From positions 930,001 through 994,000 of the forward strand of contig LSRY02000009.1 in the NCBI GenBank assembly GCA_001643675.2: 64,000 bases of DNA, given 5' to 3'. Below the pieces are notes generated by a model. That model was not told where the DNA came from, did not search any database, and saw only the letters and a list, made by a program, of their open reading frames with translations. Source of the stretch: Monocercomonoides exilis PA203. Its lineage: Eukaryota; Protista; Preaxostyla. Of the stretch, positions 1 through 12,030 are shown in pieces. A program made the translations under genes and the position numbers. Within the stretch, counting starts at the first letter, position 1. Each line of letters starts with the position of its first letter.

Positions 1-1
1 T

Positions 2-412
2 TCCTCTTCCTCTTCCTCTTCCTCTTCCTCCTCCTCCTCTTCTTCTTCTATCAAACCCACCGAAAAATCCACAGTGTTTTCATTGGGACTTATTTTGTAT
101 GAGTTTTCGAGTGGAAAAATTCCGTTTGAAGAAGAAGAAGACGATGCGGAGGTGTTTGAGAAGATGAAAAGAGGAGAACTGCCTGAAGGAATAAAGAGGA
201 TGGAAGAAGAAGAAGAAGAAGGAGGAGGAGGAAGAGAAGGAGGAAGAGAAGGAGGAAGAGAAGGAGGAAGAGGAAGAGGTGAAGAAGGAATGCAAATGAA
301 TGAAGCAAGCAATACAAGCAATACAAACATGGATGACATTTCAGAACTGCAAGGCAATTCGAACATTTCAGCTGTTGACGCAACAATAACAATGGAATCA
401 TCATCATCATCA

Positions 413-456
<44 letters not shown>

Positions 457-2101
457 TTCCTCTTCCTCTTCTCCTTCTCCCCTCTTCCTCCTCTCCTCTT
501 TCCATTCATTGATTTCCAAATGTCTTCGTCTTTCGCCTTCTTCCCGTCCTTCTCTCGAACAGTTCAGAAACACTCTGGATTCTCTTGTGCCACACGATTG
601 GGCGAAGGAGCTGAAAGAAAGAGAGGAAGAGGAGGAAGAAGAAGGAGAAGGAGAAGAAGAAAGAAGAGAAGGAGAAAGAGGAGGAGAAGGAGAAAGAAGA
701 GGAGAGGGAGGAGAAAGAGAAGGAGAAGAAGAAAGAGAAGGAGAAAGGAGGGAAGGAGAAGAAAATGACAGAAATCAAACAGAAATCAGAATAAATTCAC
801 AAAATACCCAAAATTCACCGTTTTCTTCTCAACAACTAGCAAATTCAAGAAATCAGACAAAAAATGTGAACAAAATGAACAAATCGAAGCAAATTCCAAA
901 GGGAAGAGGGTTTATAAGCACAAATACAATGAATGCTGATAATTCTTCTTCTCTTTCTTCTTCTTCTTCTTCTTCATTAAATTCTTCTTCTTCTCTTTCT
1001 CCTTTACTGTCACCATCACCATCATCATCATCATCTTCTTCTTCTTCCTCTTCTTCCTCTTTTTCATCATCATCTTCTTTTGTTTCACCACAAGATTCTT
1101 TATTTACTCCATCACACAACAATTTGTTGTTCTTCTCTTCTTCTTCTTCTTCATCATCATCATCTTCTTCTTCTTCCTCCTCCTCCTCTTCTTCTTCTCC
1201 TTCTTCCTCTTCTTCTTCCTCTTCTCTTCTTCATCCATCTTCTTCTTCTTTTCATTCACAAAACAAAGAAATCAATGAAAATGATATGACAAACATTGAA
1301 TTTGACAGAAATAGCAAAGAAGAGAGAGAAAGAGAAAGAGAAAGAGAAAGAGAAAGAGAAAGAGAAGAAGAGGAAAGAGAAGAAGAGGAAAATGAAGAAG
1401 AAGAAGCAACAGAAGAAGAAGAAGAAGAAGAAGAAGAAGATTTCAAAGAATTACTAACATTTTCTGAACGGCAAAGAAATAAAGAAAGAGAAAGAGAAAG
1501 AGAAAGAGAAAGAGAAAGAGAAAGAGAAAGAGAAAGAGAAAGAGAAAGAGAAAGAGAGAAAGAGAAGAAGAAGATGGAAAAAGAAAAAAGGAGGTTGATT
1601 CAATTTGGAGGAAGCAACAGAAGAAGAAGAAGAAAAGAAAGCGATGCTTATTGGCCAGGCGGTTATAATTCTTCTTCTTCTTCTCTTTCTTCTTCCTCCT
1701 CTTCTTCTTCTCTTTCTTCTTCTTCTTCTTCTTTCAAACAAACTCACAGTTTTCCTAACACATTTTCGAATGAACAAAATTCCAATGAAAATGTTCATTT
1801 TGATTTTTCTTCTTCTCTTCCGCCTTCGTTTTTCTCTTCCACTCCAATTAATTTGGATTCTATGAATGAAAAATCAATTTCTTCTTCTTCTTCTTCTTCT
1901 TCTCTTTCTTCTTCCTCTTCTAATTCAAATTCTTCATCTTTTTCCAAACCAACCCAAAAATTGGGGCAAAAATCAAAATTGAGTCAAAATGTGACAGCTG
2001 ATGAAATAGAAGCAGAGAACGAGAAATGCATCCAATCAATGATGGCTGAAATGGAGAAGGATTTCGAATGGGACGAAAACGAATCATTGAATTTAATGTG
2101 A
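2..2101 (+). CDS. 3' part of a protein kinase-like gene with very long Ser-, Glu- and Glu/Arg low-complexity insertions (5' end outside the window)
   Basis: Frame is open from the window edge. Motifs TEKSTVFSLGLILYEFSSGKIPF (subdomain IX-like) and LISKCLRLSPSSRPSLEQF (subdomain XI-like); TGA at 2099-2101. Confidence 0.7.
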
Positions 2102-3117
2102 AATTAGAAATTGTTCCTTTGGGGAAAAAAAATGAGATAAAAAAAAATATTTTTTCATAAATAAAAAAATAACAATAAAAAAATTTGGGAGCGGAGAAAT
2201 ATCTGGTATTTATAAATCACAAAGACACTTCACAGGATTAATATATTATGTCTCTGTTTTTGTTTGTTTAATAATCAAATTATTCTTTTATTTTCATTAA
2301 TTATTTTATTTGTTGTAAAATTTTTATTTTCTTTTTGAAAGTGTTATCCGAAATTTGTTTGTTTTATTATGATTTAATGCTTAAATAATCAGATATGGGT
2401 TCAATAATTTATTGCTTCCTTGTTTTCCTTAAAAATTGGTGGTAATTTTTTTAAAAAAAAAACAGAACATAAGTTTTAATAAAAAGTCAATGCATAACAA
2501 ATTGGAACTTGAAATGAAAAAATGCAAACTGTAACAAGGTCCAATTGCATTTATTCACTTTCACTGAAATTCTCTTTGAAATTGTTCAAATTATTGTTTT
2601 TCAGTCCGATTTCACTATATCCAAATAAATACAAAAAATGTTCTGATATAAAAAACCATCCAATAATTTGTTAAATATTTGTTTTCTTGAACATTCAAGC
2701 TTCATAAATTATTGGAAAACTTATATGCACGCTTGTCAATGGAAAAGACTTTCATTTTTTTAATTTTAGGCTGCAAAGGCTGAACATATTTGTGAAGAAA
2801 TCATCGACCATCAAATAGAAATGTTAACCATTCACATTTTTGGATTTTCCGTATCAATATTTATTATTATAATTATAATTTTGATGATTTTTCATTTTAA
2901 TTGTTCTTGTTTTTTAGAATTTTTTCGAAAAGGATCGACTTATGCAAGAGATCAAACAAAATTATTCTCGAAATCTTCAGCCCCAGCTGCTTGGGAAGTG
3001 TGCATTTCTTTTCAATTTATCCTGTCAGATTGATATGTGTTTTTGTGAATGTTATTTTTTTTATGTGACTTTTTGTACTTATTATTCATCTAATTCTAAA
3101 GGATTTCATTTTCATTG

Positions 3118-4005
3118 ATGTATCTGTTGTTGCTATTCCCGATTTTCCTTTCTGCAGCTGCATCATCAAGTGAAGAACCTTTTCTTCAGAATTTTGTACC
3201 GATTCAAGATGAAGACTCGTATGAAGTACCAAAAATTATCTGGCTGTATTGGGAAGGCAAAATGAATCAGGAAGTTCGCTATCTTTTGCACAACTTGAAG
3301 GAAAAGGTAAAAAATTTCACTCCTATATTTATCACAGATTCGACACTTAGTTTGTATATGGACAGAAGCACAATTCCATCAAAAATGAAGAAATTTCCTC
3401 GAGCGATTAAAGCTGATTTTTATCGCCTTCAATTGCTTTATAAATACGGTGGTCTGTGGATGGATGCAACGACATATATTTGCAATGAAACATTTTTGGA
3501 AGAATGCCATCAAAAATTGACAAAGGCAAAAGCTGATCTGCTTGCCTTCAACAGCTATTATCCACCAACATTTCACATTGAGTTTGGGTTTTTGATGGCA
3601 CCTAAGGGAAGCCCGCTTCTTGGAAAAGTCTTGGAAGAATTCAGGATTATGATGCCGATGGGACGTTTATCATACATGAAAGATAGAATTTATGGTGGAG
3701 TGGAAATAAAAAGTCCCGTTATCCACAAATTTGGTTCGGATCCAGAACATGATTACTGGGCGACGTATTACGTCGCTTACGTGTGTATGCAGACGGTGGT
3801 GCAAAGAGAATTCAATGGAAATCCAAATGTAATTCTTATGGATTCGGAAGATTATTTTTACAAGCTGAATATTGGTTGCGATTGGGAATCTGCATGTATT
3901 GCGGATAGGTGGGAAAATGATCCGGAAGTGAGGCAGTATCCAATCACAAAGTTTTGTTCAGGATCAAGAGGAATAGTGAAATTCCCGGATGTTGATATTA
4001 TATAA
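3118..4005 (+). CDS. DXD-motif glycosyltransferase, GT32 / capsular polysaccharide synthesis protein-like, with N-terminal signal peptide
   Basis: VPKIIWLYW, KADFYRLQLLYKYGGLWMDA motifs; hydrophobic N-terminus MYLLLLFPIFLSAAA; uninterrupted ORF from ATG 3118 to TAA. Confidence 0.85.
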   Translation: MYLLLLFPIFLSAAASSSEEPFLQNFVPIQDEDSYEVPKIIWLYWEGKMNQEVRYLLHNLKEKVKNFTPIFITDSTLSLYMDRSTIPSKMKKFPRAIKADFYRLQLLYKYGGLWMDATTYICNETFLEECHQKLTKAKADLLAFNSYYPPTFHIEFGFLMAPKGSPLLGKVLEEFRIMMPMGRLSYMKDRIYGGVEIKSPVIHKFGSDPEHDYWATYYVAYVCMQTVVQREFNGNPNVILMDSEDYFYKLNIGCDWESACIADRWENDPEVRQYPITKFCSGSRGIVKFPDVDII

Positions 4006-4535
4006 ATTTCTATTCAAACACTGTTTTGTTATTTTTTAAAATAATAGTTAGCGATTCATTTCATTTAAGCATCTTTTCCGTTCACTTAGTTTTTGCAATG
4101 TATTTATTACTTCATTTTTTTTTCCCGCAATTTGTGAGTGATTTATTAATCAATCAAACTCACACGTTTTTATTTTTTAATTTCACAATCTGTAATTCTC
4201 AATAAATTTATTTCTACTTGTATTTGTGTATTTCAAACCAACTTCATTTTTTTCTTAGATTTTTGATTTTTATTTATTTTTTAATACTCTTGAAGTTCAG
4301 TTCAACTTTTTCAAGAACACCTTTTCTCTGAAACGTTAATCAATAAAGCTCCAAACCAAAATTTTCATTCTTTTTTTCCCCACAAACAATGCCTATTTAA
4401 CCATTAAATTAGAAATGAAAACACACCAAAGCTGCTATCAAGTCCAAAACAAACAAATAAAAAACATTTTATTCAATTTCAAAAACAACAATCAGATATC
4501 AGAAAACATTTTGATTAAGTGAGAGATTGTTAAAA

Positions 4536-5605
4536 TACAATGAGTAAAATACCCGGAACATGGTAAAAAACCCGGAATTTTTGTAAAAATTCATATATCT
4601 CGACAAGTTTAAAAAATTAAATTATGATAATTCACACATTCATACATCAGTATATAACACATCTAACCATATTGAAGTTTTTATTTGTTGTGTTGTATTT
4701 ATGAAGAAATAAATAATTTTTATTTTTGAAAATGTGACTTTTAATGAATTTTTCTATTTCAACTAAATGATTCACTTCATCTTTTATACACACAACTAAT
4801 TTTTTCTTTGTTGCAAACTGTTTGGGTTATTTTTTATTTTCTGCAATTTGCTCTTTCTGACGGAATGAAAATCTGTCATTTTCAAAAAATCACAGTCAAT
4901 GGGATAACTTAAAAAATATTTTTTGCAAAACACAAAAACATCCAAGTGGATTTAACACATGCAATAATAAATATGACAGTTATAAAAAATTACCACATTT
5001 TTGAAATTAAAAATGATTTTATATTCATTTCAATAATGCAATTAGTTTTCATAACTGATCATTTATAATAATCATTTTCATTGAAATTATTACAAAATCG
5101 TATTTAACAAAACGATAATGGAATTTTCTTTTAATTTCAAAAATGTGGTAATTTTTTATAACTGTCATATTTATTATTGCATGTGTTAAATCCACTTGGA
5201 TGTTTTTGTGTTTTGCAAAAAATATTTTTTAAGTTATCCCATTGACTGTGATTTTTTGAAAATGACAGATTTTCATTCCGTCAGAAAGAGCAAATTGCAG
5301 AAAATAAAAAATAACCCAAACAGTTTGCAACAAAGAAAAAATTAGTTGTGTGTATAAAAGATGAAGTGAATCATTTAGTTGAAATAGAAAAATTCATTAA
5401 AAGTCACATTTTCAAAAATAAAAATTATTTATTTCTTCATAAATACAACACAACAAATAAAAACTTCAATATGGTTAGATGTGTTATATACTGATGTATG
5501 AATGTGTGAATTATCATAATTTAATTTTTTAAACTTGTCGAGATATATGAATTTTTACAAAAATTCCGGGTTTTTTACCATGTTCCGGGTATTTTACTCA
5601 TTGTA
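4536..5605. mobile_element. Foldback element / long-TIR MITE: ~477-bp inverted arms, 116-bp spacer, TA-flanked, CA...TG termini
   Basis: 4536-5012 is the reverse complement of 5129-5605 with no net indel; ends read ta|caatgagtaaaatacccgg ... ccgggtattttactcattg|ta. Confidence 0.85.
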
Positions 5606-5623
5606 ACAGCATTTATTTAAATA

Positions 5624-6070
5624 CAGTCTAAACCGGATATAATCACGTCGAATATAATCACATTCGTATATAGTCACATTTTTCGATGCACCGACATTTT
5701 TAGCCAATTTTTCATTCATTTTTCATCGCATATAATCACAGAAATGAAAACATATTATCACATTTTGTCACATTATGAGTGGATTTTTCATTGAAAAATC
5801 AACGTTTTGATCAAAAATCTCATTATTTCGATTTTTCAGAAATATGTATAAATAAGTTAAAATAATGTGTATTTATGAAAAAAATTGTTTTTACATTTCA
5901 AAAATGCGTTTTAATGAAGAATTTTCAAAAATAAAAAAACTGACCCAAAATTTATTTATTTTATTAATTTTAATATTTTTCTGTTGAAAGCAGCATCGCA
6001 TATTATCACAATCAGATATAGTCACATAAAGTTGTGCAAAAACCGATGTGATTATATCCGGTTTTGACTG
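5624..6070. mobile_element. Tc1/mariner-pogo-like MITE (447 bp), ~27-bp TIRs, TA target duplication
   Basis: ta|cagtctaaaccggatataatcacgtcg ... cgatgtgattatatccggttttgactg|ta; internal repeats of ATAT(A/T)(A/G)TCAC. Confidence 0.85.
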
Positions 6071-6730
6071 TAATCACAAGCAACGCGATCTGTATCGATT
6101 CCGTACCATATGTTCATGCCCTTTCGCATCCTCAAAATGACATATCTGAAGCACAACCATTAAATGAATCTTGTTGCTGACGATGCAACTGAATAAATGT
6201 TTGACAAAAACAATTGGTAGAAGATAATCTGCAGCTGGATTGTCGAACGAGTTTTCACTTTTTCAATGAAGAAGAAGAAGAAACATAAACGATGGATTTG
6301 ACAAAGCAAGCAAGACGAGCAGACGAAGCAAACTGAAGAGGAGATCTGAAAGGAGTTTCTTTGACAGATAGAGATAAAGAGATAAAACTGTGCTATTGGC
6401 TCGCTTGGCGTAAAGAAGCGTTCCTTGAAAGCAACTCAAATTCTTCAAATAGTTTCAGAAAACTCTTTTGCAGTTCGGACAATAATTAGAAGCAGAAGCA
6501 GAGGCAGGTTGGGCAGATTGGATAGAGAAAGGAGTATTCGATTCAACGAGAAAGCGGTTAAAGGTTAAACTGAATCCACAAATGGATGAGGATGCAGAGG
6601 GATGCAAAAGTGACATGAGGCTTGTAAAGAAGTTTTATTCCAAGTGCCTTTTCGAAGAGCAGCAGACATGCAGTTCTCTCATCTGGTTGAACCATTCGAA
6701 ATTATATCTTCTTTGTCAAATTACCTTCTC

Positions 6731-6771
<41 letters not shown>

Positions 6772-6924
6772 CTTTCCTTCTCAATTTGTGTTTATCTTGA
6801 TTCATCTTCAACACTTTTTCAAAATAAGATACATCAGCAAAATTATCAGATATGTTTCTGCAGCTACATTTCGGCTTCATCATTAAATCGAATATCACAA
6901 TCTTTTTCTTTCTCTGATCTGCAA

Positions 6925-7920
6925 TAGGGTTACACTTTAACCTCTGACCCTTTTTTTTACCCCCACCTTTTTTTTGTGGAGCTGGCTACGGCTTAATACA
7001 AGCTTGTGGCCAACAAATAATAACTAGAAATGTTTATTTTCATATATTAAACTTATGCAGAAAATATTTTTAACGAAAATTTTTTCACTTTGAGATCTCG
7101 GTATTTTTTAATTTTTTTTTTTGATCATTAAATTGATGGTCTTTCCATGAATATAACATTCTGGAAGTTTTAAGCTACATCATCATTACACCTCATATCC
7201 TTTTTATTGTTTTTATAACTTTTCACATTTCACAAGTTTCTTTTTCACCTGTTTTCTCATTTCATCGACTTTTCGAAATAATGCAATTTCATAAGGAATG
7301 ATGAGTTTTTGAAAATATTTTTCAGATTATCCTTAATATATAGTTAAATTTTAATCATGTGGAATCACATAAAAGTTTTTCAAATTTTGTTTTTTAATGG
7401 AAAAATAAAAAACATCATTTTCTGTTGTTTTGATTTTTCCAACCAGTGACATTTTTTCTGCAAAAAATTATGTGAGTGTGCAATAATATATTGAGTAAAA
7501 AATAAGAGACAGCTTATAAAATTAAAAAATTGTCTTTTACACAATCAAAAATTTTTCATTTTTTCGAAAAATCGATGAAATGAGAAAACAGATGAGAAAG
7601 AAACTTGTGAAATGTGAAAAGTTATCAAAGAAATAAAAAGGATATGAGGTGTAATGATGATGTAGCTTAAAACTTCCAGAATGTTATATTCATGGAAAGA
7701 CCATCAATTCAATGATCGAAAAATAAAATTAAAAAATACCGAGATCTCAAAGTGAAAAAATTTTCGTAAAAAAATTTTTTTCTGTAAAAGTTAAATATAT
7801 AAAAATAAACATTTCTAGTTATTTTTTGTTGGCTACAAGCTTGTATTAAGCCGTAGCCAGCTCCACAAAAAAAAAAAGGTGGGGGTAAAAAAAAGGGTCA
7901 GAGGTTAAAGTGTAACCCTA
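6925..7920. mobile_element. ~1-kb foldback element with TAGGG...CCCTA ends and ~360-bp imperfect inverted arms
   Basis: tagggttacactttaacctctgaccc at 6925 and gggtcagaggttaaagtgtaacccta ending at 7920; arms about 6925-7283 and 7557-7920. Confidence 0.85.
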
Positions 7921-8172
7921 TCTAAAATATGAATTCATTGTTGTTGATGTGAAGAATGATCACTACGTTTCATTGATGAATGCACAATCCAAACACACTT
8001 CAAAGACAAAATAATCTAATATTCTAATAAATTTCTCCAAAATGAAAATGTCGAAATAACATTTTTGCCATTCCAGCTATTCCGCTTCTGTTCTTTAAGT
8101 GAAATGAAAGCGATCAGATATGAAAGTGATACTCTCCTGCTAAATCCGAACGAAGCTAAGATATACCACTTT

Positions 8173-9183
8173 TAGGGCTATGATTTTATCTTGACCTTTT
8201 TTCTTTATCAAGACCTTTTTCTTTTTTGCCATGCTTAAAGCTTTACACAAGCCTGCGATAAATAAAAAATAACCAGAAATGTTTGAAATGTTTTAATTTC
8301 CTTATTCTGTATTTTTTTTTTCCTATATTTCATTTTTTTCAAAAAGATCGAGGATAATAATAATTTTTTGTTTTGATCATTGACTTGCTGCTATTCCAGC
8401 GAATATTTTTTATCGGAAGTTTAAAGCTTTCATATTATAATACATCGTTATATTATTATACGATTTAGTTGTTTTAAACTTTCTCAACTTGTTTTTTTAA
8501 CACTTTTCCTCATTTCACACTTATTTTCAAAAAACACGATTTCAGAGACATGCATCCATTTGTATTAAATTTAATGAAATGAAATAAAAACAAATTTGAA
8601 ATGAAATGATATCTCAAAGAAAAAACAACAAAATATTTGTATATGACGAACAATTTTCAGATCAAAATAGTTATATGTTCTGCCATTTCGCTTCAAATTC
8701 TTGTTCAATTCTTTTTCTTTTCAGAATTAATCAAAAATATACAATAAATAATACCTTGTTTTTTTTATCTGCTTAAAAATTTACACAAATTCATATTTGT
8801 TCCGAAAATCGTGTTTTAAGCAAAAACAGTGATATGAGAAAAAAGGGTCAAAAATAAAATTGAAAATGTTAAAAACAAGTTAAAATAATAATATTGGAAT
8901 GAAAAATTGAGATGCTGTGGCTTGAAACGTTCGATATGAAATATTCGCTTCATGACCAGCAAGTCTTTGATCTGGGTCCAAAAATAATAAAAATTTTTAA
9001 TATTTTTTTGAACAAAAAAATATCAAAAAATTTTTTAACAGAATTCTGAAAAACAAAAATATCAAGAAGTCTATTAATTTTGTTTTTGTTTTTAGCCTTT
9101 TCACAAATCAAAAAAGCAAAAATAAGTTTCAAAAAAACAGGGTTGAGATAAAATTATGAGGTCAAGATAAAATATGCACACTA
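8173..9183. mobile_element. ~1-kb TAGGG-ended non-autonomous TIR element, copy 1
   Basis: TIRs tagggctatgattttatcttgacct / aggtcaagataaaatatgcacacta; near-identical copy at 24720-25728; internal similarity to 6925-7920. Confidence 0.85.
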
Positions 9184-11067
9184 ACAAAAGGAAGAAACAT
9201 TGTGAAACCTCATTTTCGTATTTTCAAACTTCTACAAAGCCTATCCTTCATGAAATTTTGCTTTGAAGAACAATTAACGAAATTTCTTCAAAATTCTTTT
9301 TCAATGAAAAAGAAAATGGAAGAAAATTTTCGAAATGAAATTTTATTCAAAAACAACCCTTTATAAGCGCAAAATGAAGTTTTATTTCTTGTTTGAACAA
9401 TAGATACAATGAGAATAGAAAGGTTTTATTCGAATAAAAATAACATATTCAAATAAACAAAGTTTATTCGGAATAAATAACTTTTATTGGAATAAAAAAA
9501 ATTAATTGGAATAAACTCCGTCTTTTCGGAATAACTTTTTTCAAAGAAAATTTATTGTAGTTTTCAAAAAAATTCTCAAGAATCACTTTCTTAAACAGCA
9601 CAAAAAAATTAATTATAATTATCCATTTATATTTAAAAACCATATTATTGACCAGATTTGTTTTAAATGTATTTCGATCAAAAAATTCTGTTTTATTTTA
9701 AAAAATGAACGATGATAAATCATATTCTTCAATTTGCAACTAATAATAGCAATCAAAATGGACTTGCTGTTATCTACAAAATATAATCGATCATTTCTCA
9801 ATTTTTTATCTTTGTTTATTTATTTTTCTCTCCGTATTTCACATTATTGATCAAATAAGAAAAAAATACCAAAAACAGTATCCAATTGCAAAAGGTTAGA
9901 TATTACGATGATATTGTTCCAGATACTTGATTATGCATGTAATTCGCCCCACCACTCGAAACTCTATCAATTACAGATGATGATGTTCCAGTTGTTTTTA
10001 TGTCATTCCATTTGCATTCAGAAAATGAATTCTCCTGACTGTCTGCTATCTGCTGTTTCCCTAACTTTTGCAAATTCCTTTCACTTTTATTGACTGCAGC
10101 ACTTCGAGAGCGATAGAACCCAATGACCGAATTGTTAGAGGAGGAAAATGAAGGCATGGACGATAAAGAAGAAGAGCTTGGGTTGAATGTGCAGTGGGAC
10201 TTCTTTGTGGGTGAAGAGGAGTCTGTGGAGGGAGATTACAGCATGAATGGGTTCTACGGACTTCCAACAAGAACAGAAGGTGCAGACAATTGTGTGTGTG
10301 GCAAGGGAGAAAACGGAGTGGTGGCAAATGTTGAGGAGGCTGTGGTGCTTTGAGTGTACAGCTGGGCAGAAGAGTGTTCTGTCGAACGAGCAGAATGTCT
10401 GCTGCAATTCGTCGTCATCGTCATCTCCTACTTCTCTTCCCATGTCCCTCCTCCTTCTTTCTGTTGCCACCTGTGCAAGTCTTGTTTCGAAAGAGTCAAT
10501 TTGTGATGTGCAAAACTCGTCTTTCTCTTTCGTCCTCTTCTTCGTCTTTGGCTCTTCATACTGCTTCCCTTTCCTCTGCACAGCATTCATCTTGCAACTG
10601 AACTACGCTTTCTTTGCCTCTTCCATTTGAACTTGAACTCCTCTCTCTTCGCTTCTTGGCTGCGTCATTCATCGAGCTGAAGACTGTGATGTGTCCGCAA
10701 CTTCTTCCCCCTCACACCCCGATTCACCCGATTCAGCTGTTGGCGCACTGAATCCGAACGAAGAGCCGAAGGAGAGCTGAATGCGCCATTGCAAAGGGGA
10801 AAGCAGTTCTGATTCATTTTTATGCGTAACAATAAAAGGCATTGATAACGATTATGATGATGTTGAGAGAATAAAAAGTGAATGAAATAAAATTTGGTTC
10901 AATTTGTCTGTGTTTCCTATTGAACAGCTTTAATGAATCAGAAGGTCGATATTCCGACCCGATGCAAAGAAAGTGATAATTGCATCGAAAAAGTTGGAGA
11001 AGAAGTTGATGAAGAAGGCAATTAAGAAGTTGAAGATGGGGCTATTGGTGGAAAAGGGCAAATTGCA

Positions 11068-11073
11068 GAAGAA

Positions 11074-11108
<35 letters not shown>

Positions 11109-11184
11109 AGAAGAAGAAGAAGAAGAAGAAGAAGAAGAAGAAGAAGAAGAAGAAGAAGAAGAAGAAGAAGAAGAAGAAGAAGAA
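11068..11184 (+). repeat. (GAA)n microsatellite
   Basis: Near-perfect GAA run followed by GAAGAAGGT variants. Confidence 0.95.
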
Positions 11185-11866
11185 GGTGAAGAAGGTGAAG
11201 AAGGAGAAGAAGAAGGCGAAGAAGAAGGTGAAGAAGAAGGTGAAGAAAAGTAGTCGATATCAGCTTTTCCAAGTCAGAATGATCGATTGAAAAAGATGAA
11301 TTTGTTGTTAATGAAAATGCCCAGCCAGCTTATCAGCTCCAACAAAAGGGTCGCTTCTGCCAAACATTCCGAACAAATACACCAAACAAACTTCTTTTTC
11401 TCTCTTTCAAGCTCATCCAAAGCATTGTCAGGATATGCGTCATGCCAAAATGATGGAAGAAGTCACGAATGTCACGTTCAATGTAATTCAAACATGAATA
11501 ATCTCATAAACTTCTGGTTCTTTTGAAAAAGGATAAACAGGTTTCTTTCCGTGACAATCCTGTTTGTGACCAATCCATATTCATTCAAAGAGCACCTTTA
11601 AAGAAAAATGAATGAAACAAAAAAATCAAACCATCTTTTTGGCCTTGAAACATTTTCCCGTCTCCGATGGTTTGGTAATTATCGACTCAGCTGGGTTTCT
11701 TGTTCTCCAAAATTTCCTCTTGCCGCATAAAAAAAACAGACAACCAGTCAACAAATGGCTGGCAAAGTACATCATCGAAGGAAGAGAATCAACCTTCGGT
11801 CATGCCATGACGTCAGATGAAAACACACAATCTCCACTCCTTTTTTAAACGGACTGATAATTCTAA

Positions 11867-12030
11867 CCTCTTCTCCCTCTTCTCCCTCTTCTCCCTCTTC
11901 TCCCTCTTCTCCCTCTTCTCCCTCTTCTCCCTCTTCTCCTTCTTCTCCCTCTTCTCCTTCTTCTCCCTCTTCTCCCTCTTCTCCCTCTTCTCCCTCTTCT
12001 CCCTCTTCTCCCTCTTTTCCCTCTTCCCCT
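11867..12030. repeat. 9-bp tandem repeat (CCTCTTCTC)n
   Basis: Directly visible; reads as Glu-Glu-Gly repeats on the minus strand. Confidence 0.9.

Noticed and set aside
8950-9132. Duplicated small ORF (also 25495-25710)
   Set aside because: Lies within the non-coding TAGGG element; duplication reflects the element copy.
10973-11290. Poly-Lys / poly-Leu ORFs
   Set aside because: Translations of the (GAA)n microsatellite; the same applies to similar ORFs at 0.1-1.9, 21.3-21.8, 24.1-24.6 and 59.8-60.1 kb.
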